This document shows positions 10,806 through 22,178 of a stretch of DNA of 64,000 bases, one piece after another. The notes beneath the pieces were generated by a model. That model had not been told where the DNA came from. It worked only from the letters and a program-made list of their open reading frames with translations, and made no database searches. Positions within the stretch are counted from its first letter, which is position 1. Every line of letters begins with the position of its first letter. The position numbers were made by a program, and so were the translations under genes. This DNA comes from Gammaproteobacteria bacterium (GTDB lineage: Bacteria; Pseudomonadota; Gammaproteobacteria; UBA4575), in NCBI GenBank assembly GCA_965243395.1, contig CBDEUS010000002.1:928001-992000 (forward strand), given 5' to 3'.

Positions 10806-11024
10806 AATTCAAGGCTGGCCATAGCTTTTCGTGTGTGCAGGATTGTGCTGAGCGAGCATGAAATATATCGCTACCCCCTATTCTTAATCTAAATTATCAC
10901 TATTCTCGTTTAAACCTTCAGAATCCCGTAAGTTAATCGCAAAATACCTTGTATTTTTCAGGGTATAAAGTGTCTTAACTATCTGTCTTATAAGAAATTT
11001 TTTAGCATTTTTCTATTTAATTAC

Positions 11025-11053
11025 TTGCAATCCGACGGGCTCGTTTCTATAGT
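11025..11053 (+). promoter_or_regulatory. Pmra sigma70 promoter
   Basis: TTGCAA-17 nt-TATAGT upstream of mraZ. Confidence 0.7.
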
Positions 11054-11086
11054 GTCAAAAAGTGGGAAATTGTGGGAAAACATGGA
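11052..11086 (+). promoter_or_regulatory. MraZ binding direct repeats
   Basis: GTGTC, GTGGG, GTGGG, ATGGA at 11052, 11062, 11072, 11082 (10-bp period), the known MraZ operator architecture. Confidence 0.8.
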
Positions 11087-11109
11087 ATAAATGTTCGTGA
11101 CGAATACGT

Positions 11110-11562
11110 ATGTTTCAAGGAATCAACGATCTCAATTTGGATGCCAAAGGCCGTATGTCATTGCCTGCTCGATATCGCGACAGCATACAAGAAAGTTGTA
11201 CAGGCAGTTTAGTGATAACCGTTGATGTAGATCGCTGTTTACTGATTTACCCACAACCCGAATGGCATGTAATTCAACAAAAATTAATGCAGTTGCCAAG
11301 TATCAATAAACAAGTACGACGCTTACAACGTTTGTTACTTGGCCACGCAACAGAATGTGATGTGGATGGTAGTTATCGAATTTTATTGCCTCCACCACTG
11401 AGGAACTTTGCTAATTTGACAAAGCATGCTGTGCTGATTGGTCAAGGTAATAAGTTCGAGCTTTGGGATCAAGAAACATGGGAGAAAATGCGAGAGCGTT
11501 GGATTAAAGAGGAAAATAAATTAAGTGATATATCGGAAGCACTTGAAACACTCTCGATTTAA
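11110..11562 (+). CDS. mraZ: Transcriptional repressor MraZ
   Basis: DAKGRMSLPARYR, CLLIYP, LIGQGNKFELW. Confidence 0.96.
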   Translation: MFQGINDLNLDAKGRMSLPARYRDSIQESCTGSLVITVDVDRCLLIYPQPEWHVIQQKLMQLPSINKQVRRLQRLLLGHATECDVDGSYRILLPPPLRNFANLTKHAVLIGQGNKFELWDQETWEKMRERWIKEENKLSDISEALETLSI

Positions 11563-11564
11563 TA

Positions 11565-12500
11565 ATGAATGATGCCAAGTATGCGCATCAACCAGTATTG
11601 CTGGCAGAAGCTATAGAAGCTTTAAATATAAATCCAAATGGAAAATATATCGATTGTACATTTGGACGCGGAGGTCATAGCCAAGAAATATTAAATAGAT
11701 TGAGCAAACAAGGAAAATTACTTGCAATTGATCAAGACGCAGAAGCTATTGAGTATGGTAAAAAAAAATTTAACAACGACTCACGAATTATATTAACGCA
11801 AGTTAATTTTTCGAAAATTTTACAAGTGGCAAAAAAAAATAATTTTGATGATGGTGTGCAAGGTATCTTATTTGATTTAGGTGTTTCATCACCACAGTTA
11901 GATAATGCAATGAGGGGTTTTAGTTTTATGAAAGACGGCCCATTAGATATGCGTATGGATACTACGCAAGGTTTAAGCGCAGCTGAATGGCTGCAAAAAG
12001 TAAATGTGCCTACATTGACTAAAGTATTAAAAGAATATGGTCAAGAACGATTTAGTAACAAAATAGCCAAAGCGATTGCTAGGCAAAGAGAGGAAGCTCC
12101 CATACAAACTACCAAGCAGTTAGCTGATCTTGTGCTTAAAGCTGTTGGACGAGCACGCGAACATAAACACCCAGCAACACGCACATTCCAAGCTATACGA
12201 ATTTATATCAACAGAGAATTGGAAACTTTGACAACAGCTTTGGATGATTGTCTTAGTTTGTTAGCAGATACAGGACGTTTATTGGTAATCACTTTTCATT
12301 CGCTTGAAGACCAAGTTGTAAAGAATTTGTTGCGTAAACATAGTAACGCTCTTTTGCCACGTAAGTTGCCTGTAATCGATGAGCGTAAATTGAAATTAAA
12401 TAGAGTATGTAAAGCAATTAAACCAAGTGAAGATGAAATAGCTAGTAATCCTAGATCAAGAAGCTCGAAGCTTCACGTGTTGGAATGGGTTAAATGTTAG
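11565..12500 (+). CDS. rsmH: 16S rRNA C1402 N4-methyltransferase
   Basis: HQPVLL, DCTFGRGGHS, DLGVSSPQLD, HPATRTFQAIRI, NPRSRS. Confidence 0.97.
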   Translation: MNDAKYAHQPVLLAEAIEALNINPNGKYIDCTFGRGGHSQEILNRLSKQGKLLAIDQDAEAIEYGKKKFNNDSRIILTQVNFSKILQVAKKNNFDDGVQGILFDLGVSSPQLDNAMRGFSFMKDGPLDMRMDTTQGLSAAEWLQKVNVPTLTKVLKEYGQERFSNKIAKAIARQREEAPIQTTKQLADLVLKAVGRAREHKHPATRTFQAIRIYINRELETLTTALDDCLSLLADTGRLLVITFHSLEDQVVKNLLRKHSNALLPRKLPVIDERKLKLNRVCKAIKPSEDEIASNPRSRSSKLHVLEWVKC

Positions 12501-12766
12501 GGCGTGTGTTATTAGTGCTGGTGTTATTTGTTGCGAATGTGGCCACAGGTGTTGGTGTTGTTTATTCTAAACACTCTATGCGTAAGTCATTCATAGAATT
12601 GCAGGCTATGCAAAATAGCTTTGATGAATTGCAAGTTGAATGGGGTCGTTTTCAATTAGAGCAAAGTGCATGGGCGACTCATGGCAGAGTTGAAAAAATT
12701 GCACGTGAAAAATTAAATATGGATTTAGTGCATAAAGAAAGACTTATATTTCTTAAGACAGATTAA
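12494..12766 (+). CDS. ftsL: Cell division protein FtsL
   Basis: Single TM plus coiled coil, EWGRFQLEQSAW..HGRVEKIAREKLNM; between rsmH and ftsI. Confidence 0.92.
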   Translation: MLGRVLLVLVLFVANVATGVGVVYSKHSMRKSFIELQAMQNSFDELQVEWGRFQLEQSAWATHGRVEKIAREKLNMDLVHKERLIFLKTD

Positions 12767-12774
12767 TTTTAAAA

Positions 12775-14493
12775 ATGAAGAAAAATCCAATTTTTCCAGC
12801 ACGCCGAATATTTTTGTTGTCTATGTTTGTAATTGGTCTCGGTGGTTTGTTTGTAAGATCAGTTTATTTACAACTATTCGAGCACGAGTTTTTAGAGGAG
12901 GAAGGTAAGGCGCGCCATCTGCGAGTAGTCGAAATTCCTGCCCACCGTGGCATGATTTTAGATCGAAATGGGGAGCTACTCGCAGTGAGCACGCCTATAC
13001 ACTCTGTGTGGGCTAATCCGTTGGAAGCATTACAGAGCCACAAAGCTATTCGTAATCTTGCCCTTATCCTTGATATGAATGCGGACCGCTTAATTAAAAA
13101 GTTGCAAGGTAAAAAAGATCGTCAATTCTTATATGTGAAACGACACATTGGTCCACAACAGGCTGAAAAATTAAAACAATTAAATAGTAAAGGTATCCAT
13201 CTACAGCGCGAATATCGTCGCTATTATCCAACTGCAGAAGTTAGTTCTCATCTTTTAGGATTTACAGATATTGATGATAAAGGGTTAGAAGGAATCGAAC
13301 TTGCATACGAGCAATGGTTGCGAGGTCAACCGGGTGCAAAAAAAGTTATTAAGGATTCTTACAATCGAATTGTTGAAGACGTTGAGGCGATGAAAATACC
13401 AGAACCTGGGAAAGATATCGTACTTAGTATCGATAGAAGAATTCAATACCTTGCTTACCGAGAACTAAAAGCCAATCATTCTAAACATCGTGCTAAAGCT
13501 GCTTCCGCTGTTTTAATTGATGCCAGAACGGGGGAGGTGTTGGCAATGGCAAATACGCCCGCATTTAATCCAAATAATCGTACTGGTTATAGTCGTGGCA
13601 CATATCGTAATCGAGCAGTTACGGATGTTTATGAACCTGGTTCAACAATAAAACCTTTTACGATCGCATCAGCATTAGAGTCACAGCGTTATTCTCAAAA
13701 TACGATTATTGATACCTCTCCGGGTGAATATCAGATTGGTGAGTTTACGATTCGCGATCATAAGGATTATGGCGCACTTTCGGTAAGTGAAATTATTCTT
13801 AAATCGAGTAATGTTGGTGCGACAAAAATTGCGCAAACTATTCCTGCACAAGAATTATGGTCTACTTTTAGTGCAATCGGGATTGGTCATTCAACAGAAT
13901 CTGGTTTTCCTGGTGAAGTTTCAGGACACTTAAAATATTTCCAGGACTGGCGCAAAGTGGAACATGCCACGATGTCTTATGGTTATGGCATGTCGATGAC
14001 GAGTTTGCAGCTTGCAAGATCTTACATGGTGTTAGCGTCAGGTGGGCAGTTACTACCTATTTCCATGCTACGAAAATCTGAAAAAGAGCTTGCCGAAATG
14101 AGCAAAACTCCTGCCATCTTTTCGCCACAAACAGTTGATAAAGTTGTCAGCATGTTGACTGCTGTGGTGTCCGATGAAGGCACCGGTTCACGTGCAGCAA
14201 TACCTGGATACAGTGTGGCAGGTAAAACGGGCACGGTGCATAAATCTTCTAAAGGCGGCTATGAAGAAGATAAGTATATTTCAGTATTTGCAGGTATGGC
14301 GCCCGCGAGTGATCCAAAATTGGTGTTGGTTGTCATGGTAAATCAACCAAATAGAGGAGTTTATTTCGGTGGCGAAGTAGCGGCACCTATTTTTTCTAAG
14401 ATCATGGGAGGTGCTTTACGCATCCTTAATATTTCACCAGATCGAGTGCCTTTACAGGCAAATGTTGAGCAATCTCAAAATCATGCTGGTTAG
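12775..14493 (+). CDS. ftsI: Peptidoglycan transpeptidase FtsI (PBP3)
   Basis: RGMILDRNG, SxxK (EPGSTIK), SSN, KTG. Confidence 0.96.
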   Translation: MKKNPIFPARRIFLLSMFVIGLGGLFVRSVYLQLFEHEFLEEEGKARHLRVVEIPAHRGMILDRNGELLAVSTPIHSVWANPLEALQSHKAIRNLALILDMNADRLIKKLQGKKDRQFLYVKRHIGPQQAEKLKQLNSKGIHLQREYRRYYPTAEVSSHLLGFTDIDDKGLEGIELAYEQWLRGQPGAKKVIKDSYNRIVEDVEAMKIPEPGKDIVLSIDRRIQYLAYRELKANHSKHRAKAASAVLIDARTGEVLAMANTPAFNPNNRTGYSRGTYRNRAVTDVYEPGSTIKPFTIASALESQRYSQNTIIDTSPGEYQIGEFTIRDHKDYGALSVSEIILKSSNVGATKIAQTIPAQELWSTFSAIGIGHSTESGFPGEVSGHLKYFQDWRKVEHATMSYGYGMSMTSLQLARSYMVLASGGQLLPISMLRKSEKELAEMSKTPAIFSPQTVDKVVSMLTAVVSDEGTGSRAAIPGYSVAGKTGTVHKSSKGGYEEDKYISVFAGMAPASDPKLVLVVMVNQPNRGVYFGGEVAAPIFSKIMGGALRILNISPDRVPLQANVEQSQNHAG

Positions 14494-14496
14494 TGT

Positions 14497-16011
14497 ATGC
14501 AAAAGATTAGCTGGCCTTTGGATAAGTTGCTAAAGGGCTATGTAACCTTGCAAGAACATTATTCTGCTATTTCTGTGAATGGTTTAAGCGTAGATAGTCG
14601 TACTACTTCTTCGGGTGAATTATTTTTCGCATTGCAAGGTTTGCAACAGCATGGTTTGCAGTATAGCCAACAAGCTGTCGATAAAGGTGCAGCGGCAATG
14701 GTATGGGAGTCAAGCCCAAAAGTCTCAAAACAAGATTTGCCTGAGCATATTGTTTGCATCGAAATAGCAGATTTACAAAACAAGCTTGGATTGATCAGTC
14801 AACGTTTTTATGACGATTGTTCATTACATATGCATGTAATTGGCGTCACAGGAACTGATGGCAAAACATCAGTAAGTCAATTTATTGCACAAGCATTGCA
14901 AAACTTAAAACTTTCTTGTGGTGTGATTGGCACACTTGGTTATGGTGTTTATCCAAAATATAACGATGCTAGCCATACAACTCCTGATGTAATAAAAACT
15001 CATAGCTTGTTACATAATTATTATATAAATAATGTGAAACATGCAGTGATCGAAGCATCTTCACATGGATTAACTCAAGGAAGACTTGTAGGAGTAAATT
15101 TTAATACCGCAGTTTTTACAAATTTAGGGCGTGACCATATGGATTATCACGACTCTATGGAAGATTATGAAAATGCTAAGCGAAAACTTTTTCAAAGTAA
15201 GAATCTAGAAAACGCAGTAATTAATGTTGATGATGACTTTGGTCTTCGGTTAGCCAATGAGTTTTCCGATAAACTCAATGTGGTTACATATTCAATACAA
15301 GCAGATTCAGCGCAATCAGATTCTTTTATTAAAGCGGTCAATATTAAGTATGCACAAGATAATACAAGCTTTGAAATTATTTCTAGCTGGGGAGAAGCAA
15401 AGCTTACGACTCAATTAGTCGGGAATTTTAATGTTAGCAATTTGTTAGCAGTGCTGGGAGTTTTATTAGTAAAAGGTGTTTTATTCGCTGACGCAATTCG
15501 AGCTGTTGAATCTATGAAGACGGTTGCGGGTCGCTTGGAATTCATTACAGACAGTAAAGCTTCGTCTAAATTAAATCCCTGCGTTGTTATAGATTATGCA
15601 CATACACCGCAAGCACTTGCGAACGTCTTAAGAGTATTGCGTGATCAGTGTGCTGGTAAGCTTTGGTGTGTATTTGGGTGTGGGGGTAACCGTGATCAGG
15701 GTAAGCGAACACTCATGGCCGAAGCGGTAGAGCGTTATGCAGACGTAGCTGTGCTGACTGATGATAATCCGCGATTTGAAGACCCGAAAGCAATTACCAG
15801 TGAAGTGCAGCAAGGGTTTTCTGAATCATACTCATATTCACTAATACACGATCGCCGCGATGCAATATCTTATGCTATTCAACATGCAAGTCACGAAGAT
15901 ATTGTGCTCATTGCAGGCAAAGGGCATGAAGCAGTACAAATTATAAAAGGCAAGCAATTTCCATTTGATGATAAAAAAATTGCCCATGAGGTGTTACAGC
16001 AAAGCTCATGA
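14497..16011 (+). CDS. murE: UDP-MurNAc-Ala-Glu:meso-DAP ligase
   Basis: GVTGTDGKTS, EASSHGL, DYAHTP, DNPR (DAP specificity), AGKGHE. Confidence 0.96.
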   Translation: MQKISWPLDKLLKGYVTLQEHYSAISVNGLSVDSRTTSSGELFFALQGLQQHGLQYSQQAVDKGAAAMVWESSPKVSKQDLPEHIVCIEIADLQNKLGLISQRFYDDCSLHMHVIGVTGTDGKTSVSQFIAQALQNLKLSCGVIGTLGYGVYPKYNDASHTTPDVIKTHSLLHNYYINNVKHAVIEASSHGLTQGRLVGVNFNTAVFTNLGRDHMDYHDSMEDYENAKRKLFQSKNLENAVINVDDDFGLRLANEFSDKLNVVTYSIQADSAQSDSFIKAVNIKYAQDNTSFEIISSWGEAKLTTQLVGNFNVSNLLAVLGVLLVKGVLFADAIRAVESMKTVAGRLEFITDSKASSKLNPCVVIDYAHTPQALANVLRVLRDQCAGKLWCVFGCGGNRDQGKRTLMAEAVERYADVAVLTDDNPRFEDPKAITSEVQQGFSESYSYSLIHDRRDAISYAIQHASHEDIVLIAGKGHEAVQIIKGKQFPFDDKKIAHEVLQQSS

Positions 16012-17411
16012 AATTATCATTAAAAGAAATTGCCGAAATTGCTCATGGTCAGCTCATTGGCGCCGATTTACAAATCGATGGCTTGTCTACAGACACACGT
16101 AGTGTAAAAAATGAAGAACTCTTTGTTGCTTTAGTAGGTCAGGTATTTGATCCGCATGAGTTAATTGAGCGCAATAAATCAGTCAAAGCCGCGGCTGTTC
16201 TTGTGCAGCGTGAAGTTAATACAGATATTCCTCAGATAATTGTTGAAGACACGTATCAAGCGTTACAGGATCTTGCTTTAGCATGGCGTGAACGTTTTAA
16301 CTTACCTGTTGTTGGTGTTACAGGTTCAAACGGTAAAACATCAGTTAAAGAACTCATAAAAAATATTTTAAGCACCCAAGGAGAAATTTTAGCTACTGTA
16401 GGAAATTTAAATAACCACATTGGTGTGCCACTCACTTTAAGCAAATTAAATGATAAACACTGTTTTGCTGTTATCGAGATGGGCGCGAACCATGCTGGTG
16501 AAATTGCAACATTGGCTAAGCTCGCACAGCCAAATATTGGCGTGATTACAAATATCGGTCCTGCTCATTTAGAGGGGTTTGGGTCTATTGAAGGTGTGGC
16601 GCGTGCTAAGGCTGAACTATATGCAAATTTAAATCCAAATGGTGTTGCAGTGGTCAATGCGGATGATTCATTTCGGGAATCATGGGCAGATGAAATAGGT
16701 GATCGTATGCAAATAAGTTTTGGAGCCGAAAAAAAAGCAGATGTTAGCGGAAAATTTGTTGCAGATGACTTAATTGAAATTTCTACCCCAATAGGTGAAA
16801 TACGAATAAAACCTCAAATAACGGGTGCGCATGCATTGCTGAATATATTAGCTGCCACCGCAGTAGGTTTAGCCATAGGGATTGATTTAGATGATATCAA
16901 ATCAGGTATAGAAGCCACACAAGCAGTACAAGGTCGTTTAACAAAGATTGAGGGTTTAACTGGTGCGACTATTTTAGATGATAGCTATAACGCTAACCCG
17001 GCATCATTAGCAGCAGCTTTAGATGTACAAGCTAAAGAGTCAGGCGAGCATTGGTTGGTATTAGGGGATATGGGTGAATTGGGGGATGAAAGTGAATTTA
17101 TGCATCAGAAAGCGGGTGAAATTGCCAAACAATTTGGAGTGACACGTTTATTTGCCTACGGGGATCATACTAAACATAGTGTTAAGACATTTGGGAAAGG
17201 CGCCAAACACTTTTCCAGTCATGCTGAAATTGTAACTGAATTACAAGCTGAAATAACAAAAGATGTTTGCGTGCTTGTAAAAGGTTCGCGTGCCATGCAA
17301 ATGGAAAAAATTGTTACTGGAATTAAAAGTAATAAAGCGTCTGGAAATAAAAAGTTAAACGGAAAAGCAAACGGTCAAAGCAACTTGGAGCATAAAGAAC
17401 ATGCTGCTTAG
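16008..17411 (+). CDS. murF: UDP-MurNAc-tripeptide:D-Ala-D-Ala ligase
   Basis: [45 protein letters not shown]. Confidence 0.96.
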   Translation: MKLSLKEIAEIAHGQLIGADLQIDGLSTDTRSVKNEELFVALVGQVFDPHELIERNKSVKAAAVLVQREVNTDIPQIIVEDTYQALQDLALAWRERFNLPVVGVTGSNGKTSVKELIKNILSTQGEILATVGNLNNHIGVPLTLSKLNDKHCFAVIEMGANHAGEIATLAKLAQPNIGVITNIGPAHLEGFGSIEGVARAKAELYANLNPNGVAVVNADDSFRESWADEIGDRMQISFGAEKKADVSGKFVADDLIEISTPIGEIRIKPQITGAHALLNILAATAVGLAIGIDLDDIKSGIEATQAVQGRLTKIEGLTGATILDDSYNANPASLAAALDVQAKESGEHWLVLGDMGELGDESEFMHQKAGEIAKQFGVTRLFAYGDHTKHSVKTFGKGAKHFSSHAEIVTELQAEITKDVCVLVKGSRAMQMEKIVTGIKSNKASGNKKLNGKANGQSNLEHKEHAA

Positions 17412-18483
17412 CTTATTTGAGTATTTAGAACAGTATCATTCTGGATTTAATGTATTTCAGTATTTAACTCTTCGCTCTATTTTGGGTGTATTAACTGCAC
17501 TAACTATCTGTTTCCTCACTGGACCAATAATGATTCGTAAGTTGACTACTTATAGTGTGAATCAAAATGTAAGAGATGATGGACCGCAAACACACTTGGC
17601 AAAGGCAGGCACTCCAACTATGGGGGGCGCTTTTCTTTTAGTATCTATCTTAGTTAGCGCACTTCTATGGAGTGATTTAACTAACCGTTATGTGTGGTTT
17701 GTAATCGCAACAACTTTCTTATTTGGTTTAGTTGGAGCGGTAGATGACATAAAAAAGTTGCTTAGCCGATCAAGCAAGGGGTTGTCGGCAAAGAGCAAAT
17801 ATTTTTGGCAGTCTGTAATTGGTTTAGGTGCTGCATTTTTTATTTTTAGTCTTGCCACATTGTCACAAGAAACGAGTTTATATGTTCCGTTTTTCAAGAA
17901 TGTAATCATTCCATTAGGTATTTGGTTCATCCCGCTTACGTATTTTGTAATTGTGGGGTCAAGTAACGCAGTAAATTTCACGGACGGCCTGGACGGGCTT
18001 GCCATTATGCCGGTTGTAATGGTTACAGGTGCGCTGGGTGTGTTTGCATATCTTAGTGGCAACATTAATTTCTCAAATTATCTGGGAATTCAACATTTAC
18101 CACTCAGTGGTGAACTAGTGGTGTTTTGTGGTGCGGTAGTCGGCGCCGGCTTGGGATTTCTTTGGTTCAATGCGTATCCCGCACAAGTATTCATGGGAGA
18201 TGTGGGTGCACTTGCATTAGGTGCTGCGGTAGGGGTATTGGCTGTTTTGGTTCGGCAGGAAATTGTTCTTGTGATAATGGGTGGAGTTTTCGTATTAGAA
18301 ACTGTTTCAGTCATCATGCAAGTAGTCTCTTTTAAGCTCACTGGCAAACGAATTTTTCAAATGGCGCCACTACATCATCATTTTGAATTAAAAGGTTGGC
18401 CAGAACCAAGAGTGATTGTGCGATTTTGGATCATTACTTTTATATTGGTTTTAGTTGGTTTGGCCACTCTGAAACTCAGATAG
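17401..18483 (+). CDS. mraY: Phospho-MurNAc-pentapeptide transferase
   Basis: [34 protein letters not shown]. Confidence 0.97.
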   Translation: MLLSLFEYLEQYHSGFNVFQYLTLRSILGVLTALTICFLTGPIMIRKLTTYSVNQNVRDDGPQTHLAKAGTPTMGGAFLLVSILVSALLWSDLTNRYVWFVIATTFLFGLVGAVDDIKKLLSRSSKGLSAKSKYFWQSVIGLGAAFFIFSLATLSQETSLYVPFFKNVIIPLGIWFIPLTYFVIVGSSNAVNFTDGLDGLAIMPVVMVTGALGVFAYLSGNINFSNYLGIQHLPLSGELVVFCGAVVGAGLGFLWFNAYPAQVFMGDVGALALGAAVGVLAVLVRQEIVLVIMGGVFVLETVSVIMQVVSFKLTGKRIFQMAPLHHHFELKGWPEPRVIVRFWIITFILVLVGLATLKLR

Positions 18484-18499
18484 CAAATAGATTATTGGA

Positions 18500-19849
18500 A
18501 TGGGATTAGCATTGAAAAAAGAATCAATCAATCAGCAAACTGTTGTGATTGGTCTGGGAGAGACAGGAATATCTGTTGCTAATTACTTAAGTAAACAGGG
18601 CATTGATTTCAAAGTGTTTGACACAAGATCCAATCCACCACAATTAACTATATTCAAACAAAAATATCCTAGTGTTGAAATACAGTTAGGAGAATTTTCT
18701 GTAAAAGATTTTCAGGACGCGCAACAAATTATTGCAAGCCCGGGCATTGATATTAATCAAACTGAAATACGTGAAGCTATTATTCAGAATGATTGTGAGT
18801 GTATAGGGGATATTGAATTGTTTGCGCGAGGTGTAAACAAACCTGTAGTGGCTATTACGGGCTCAAATGGTAAGAGCACAGTAACCAGCTTGGTGGCTGA
18901 AATGGCCAATACAGCAGGCGTAAAGGCTTATGCGGGTGGGAATTTATCTCCACCGGCACTAAGTTTGCTAGAAAATGATGATGCAGAATTATTTGTTTTA
19001 GAACTTTCTAGTTTTCAGCTTGAGTCTACCTATTCACTAAAACCTACTGTAAGTGCTGTACTGAATGTCTCCCCTGATCATTTAGATCGTCATGGAGATA
19101 TAGATAATTATGCTCGAATTAAAGAGCGTATTTATACAAATGCGGTATCAAGCATTATTAATATCGATGATAGTTTTGTGGCTAACATGAAAACCTCAGG
19201 GCAAGTTGTTTCATTTAGTTCACAACAGCCTGAAGATGATGAATTTGGGGTTATACAGCAAGAAGATTTACTATATTTAGCATTCGGAAATAATGCCTTA
19301 TTACCTGTTAGTGAATTAGCATTGCGTGGTGAGGCTGGTATTTTAAATTCACTTGCAGCTTTAGCTATTGGGCAAGCATTAAAGTTACCAATGCAAAAAA
19401 TGCTAGAGACTTTAAAAACATTTAAAGGTTTGCCTCATCGTTTAGCTTTAGTGGCAGAATTGAATGGTGTTTCTTGGTTCAATGATTCTAAGGGAACCAA
19501 TATAGGCGCTACAGTAAGCTCATTGCGTAGTTTAGAGAATAATATAATTTTAATTGCTGGAGGTATTTTTAAGGGCGGTGATCTCGAATTTCTCACTCAT
19601 GCAATTAAACAACATGCGAAACATGTGATTTTAATTGGTCAAGCATCAAAATTATTCCAACAAGCGCTAAAAAATTCTATCGAAGTTTCATATGCTGATT
19701 CTATGCAACATGCAGTGGGAATCGCTCAGCAGATCGCAGTTGAATGTGACAAAGTTTTACTATCGCCTGCCTGTGCAAGTTTTGATATGTATTCAAATTA
19801 TATTGAACGGGGTAAGGATTTTGAGAATTGTGTTCGAGAGGTGTTGTAA
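18500..19849 (+). CDS. murD: UDP-MurNAc-L-Ala:D-Glu ligase
   Basis: GLGETG, TGSNGKSTV, ELSSFQLE, NDSKGTN, LSPACASFD. Confidence 0.96.
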   Translation: MGLALKKESINQQTVVIGLGETGISVANYLSKQGIDFKVFDTRSNPPQLTIFKQKYPSVEIQLGEFSVKDFQDAQQIIASPGIDINQTEIREAIIQNDCECIGDIELFARGVNKPVVAITGSNGKSTVTSLVAEMANTAGVKAYAGGNLSPPALSLLENDDAELFVLELSSFQLESTYSLKPTVSAVLNVSPDHLDRHGDIDNYARIKERIYTNAVSSIINIDDSFVANMKTSGQVVSFSSQQPEDDEFGVIQQEDLLYLAFGNNALLPVSELALRGEAGILNSLAALAIGQALKLPMQKMLETLKTFKGLPHRLALVAELNGVSWFNDSKGTNIGATVSSLRSLENNIILIAGGIFKGGDLEFLTHAIKQHAKHVILIGQASKLFQQALKNSIEVSYADSMQHAVGIAQQIAVECDKVLLSPACASFDMYSNYIERGKDFENCVREVL

Positions 19850-19851
19850 GT

Positions 19852-21015
19852 ATGTCAAAACAAGCAGCACGTAATAAATCTACTAGTTTGGAAATTACGC
19901 TGGAGAAATATTGCGACCCTAATCTGATGTTCGCAGTTGTCATGTTGTTAGGTATTGGTTTAGTAATGGTTGCCTCGTCCTCAATTGAAATTGCAGATCG
20001 TGCTACAGGTGATCCTCTTTATTATTTTAAGCGTCAATTTGTATTTGCCTTAATGGGAATTTCAGCAGGCTATGTACTTACTAAAATTCGCTTAGCACAT
20101 TGGGAAAGTTCTGGAATGGCTATTTTGTTACTAATGATAGTTCTACTGTCATTAGTATTGATTCCGGGCCTAGGAAGGACCGTAAATGGTAGTACTAGAT
20201 GGCTAGCGCTTGGGCCATTTGGTTTACAGGTGTCTGAAGCCGTTAAGCTTCTTTTGATAATTTATCTTGCAGGTTATGTAGTTAGACAAGGAAAACAAAT
20301 TCGCGAATCATTCATTGGGTTTATTAAACCTATGATGATTTTAGTCGTGTTGTTCACCTTGTTGTTATTAGAACCAGACTTTGGAGCAGCTTTGGTATTA
20401 CTCATTACAGCATTAGGAATGCTTTATCTTGCAGGTGTAAAATTTTGGAAATTTGGTTTGTTACTTATGGCATCAGCTATTTCTATGGTGTTTGTAGCAA
20501 TTTCTTCTCCTTATCGCGTTGAGCGATTCACTGCTTTTCTCAATCCATGGTCCGATCCTTTTGGTACCGGGTTCCAACTGACTCAATCATTAATTGCCAT
20601 AGGTAGTGGCGCTTGGACAGGTTTAGGACTAGGTGCAAGCGTACAAAAGTTATTTTATTTACCTGAAGCGCATACCGACTTTGTATTTGCCGTGATTGCA
20701 GAAGAGTTGGGTCTAGTTGGTGCAACGGCGGTGATTGGATTATATATTTTATTAATTTATCGATGTTTTGTTATAGGCAAAATGGTTGAGAAGAAAGGTA
20801 TGAAATTTGGTGCTCAAATAGCTTACGGCATTGGTATATGGTTAGGATTGCAAGCTTTTATCAATATTGGTGTAAATACAGGTGTGTTGCCGACAAAGGG
20901 ACTTACGTTGCCATTTATAAGTGCAGGAGGAAGTAGCTTGTTAGTAGTTTGTATGGCAATTGGACTCATTACTCGCGTATATACGGAGGGATTAGCTAAA
21001 GCACCCCATCGATGA
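19852..21015 (+). CDS. ftsW: SEDS peptidoglycan polymerase FtsW
   Basis: NGSTRW, EPDFG, LPEAHTDF, LPTKGLTLPFISAGGS. Start set at ATG 19852, after the murD stop. Confidence 0.96.
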   Translation: MSKQAARNKSTSLEITLEKYCDPNLMFAVVMLLGIGLVMVASSSIEIADRATGDPLYYFKRQFVFALMGISAGYVLTKIRLAHWESSGMAILLLMIVLLSLVLIPGLGRTVNGSTRWLALGPFGLQVSEAVKLLLIIYLAGYVVRQGKQIRESFIGFIKPMMILVVLFTLLLLEPDFGAALVLLITALGMLYLAGVKFWKFGLLLMASAISMVFVAISSPYRVERFTAFLNPWSDPFGTGFQLTQSLIAIGSGAWTGLGLGASVQKLFYLPEAHTDFVFAVIAEELGLVGATAVIGLYILLIYRCFVIGKMVEKKGMKFGAQIAYGIGIWLGLQAFINIGVNTGVLPTKGLTLPFISAGGSSLLVVCMAIGLITRVYTEGLAKAPHR

Positions 21016-21036
21016 TGGTGTTTGGGTGATTTAAAT

Positions 21037-22176
21037 ATGGCTATGAGAAATTCACGTTCACCAATAATGATTTTTGCAGGTGGCACTGGCGGACACGTAT
21101 TCCCTGCATTAGCGGTAGCGAAACAAATAGAACAACATTCTGTGCCAGTAGTGTGGGTTGGTACAAAACGTGGAATTGAATCAAAAATTGTGCCTGATGC
21201 AGGTTATAAAATTGAGTGGATCTCAGTAAATGGTTTGCGCGGCAAGAACATAGCAACTCTAGTTTTAGCGCCTTTTAAATTACTACTAGCGAGTACACAA
21301 GTAACCTGGTTACTCATAAAACATCGCCCTTGTGCAGTTCTTGGTATGGGGGGATTTGTTGCTGGTCCTGGTGGGTTGATTGCTGCTTTATTTCGGAAAC
21401 CCCTTATTATTCATGAACAGAATGCTATTGCTGGATTAACCAATCGGTTACTCGCACCTTTTGCAAAGCGAATACTTACAGGTTTTCCTAGCACTTTTGT
21501 TCGTAAAAACGTTGAAGTATTAGGTAACCCTGTCAGATCGGAAATTTCAAATATTAAGAGGCAATATGAGATTGCCGCTCCAGACAGTCGGCCTCTTCGC
21601 ATTCTTGTTGTAGGTGGCAGCCTAGGTGCACAAGCGTTAAATGAGACTGTGCCACGGGCGATGGTTCAAGTGCTGCAAAATGTTGCGAGCGAAATGCATC
21701 CGGAAATTTGGCATCAAACAGGAGAACATAAACATCAGTTTGCCCAAGAACAATATGCATCAAATCATCTAAAAGCACGCGTAGATGTATTTATCGAAAA
21801 TATGCAAGACGCATATGGGTGGGCGGACTTAGTGATTTGTCGTGCCGGTGCAATTACTGTGGCTGAATTAGCAGTTGCAGGTCTGGGCGCAATTTTTATT
21901 CCTTACCCGTATGCTGTGGACGATCATCAAACTGCAAATGCAACAGCGTTGGTAAACTCTGGGGCTGCAGTAATGATTAATGAAGATCAATTAAATGCAG
22001 AAAGCCTCGCTGAACTATTAAATGACTTGTTGAATAACCGTGCCAAAATTAAAGCGTATGCTGATGCCGCAAGTGCATTTGCTAAACCACAAGCTGCTAA
22101 GGATGTGGCGAACGCTTGTCTTAATGCTTGTTTGGGTAAAGATAATGAAAATATTAATATGGTGAAAGATTACTAA
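21037..22176 (+). CDS. murG: Lipid II GlcNAc transferase MurG
   Basis: AGGTGGHVFP, HEQN, GNPVR, GGSLGA, RAGA; start codon choice uncertain (21022/21037/21043). Confidence 0.96.
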   Translation: MAMRNSRSPIMIFAGGTGGHVFPALAVAKQIEQHSVPVVWVGTKRGIESKIVPDAGYKIEWISVNGLRGKNIATLVLAPFKLLLASTQVTWLLIKHRPCAVLGMGGFVAGPGGLIAALFRKPLIIHEQNAIAGLTNRLLAPFAKRILTGFPSTFVRKNVEVLGNPVRSEISNIKRQYEIAAPDSRPLRILVVGGSLGAQALNETVPRAMVQVLQNVASEMHPEIWHQTGEHKHQFAQEQYASNHLKARVDVFIENMQDAYGWADLVICRAGAITVAELAVAGLGAIFIPYPYAVDDHQTANATALVNSGAAVMINEDQLNAESLAELLNDLLNNRAKIKAYADAASAFAKPQAAKDVANACLNACLGKDNENINMVKDY

Positions 22177-22178
22177 GC

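Noticed and set aside
10479-10822. Two minus-strand ORFs (75 and 81 aa)
   Set aside because: They are antisense shadows of rnpB, a well-known source of spurious ORFs.
17320-17411. Lys/Asn-rich C-terminal tail of MurF overlapping the mraY start
   Set aside because: A short low-complexity extension with no evidence of function.
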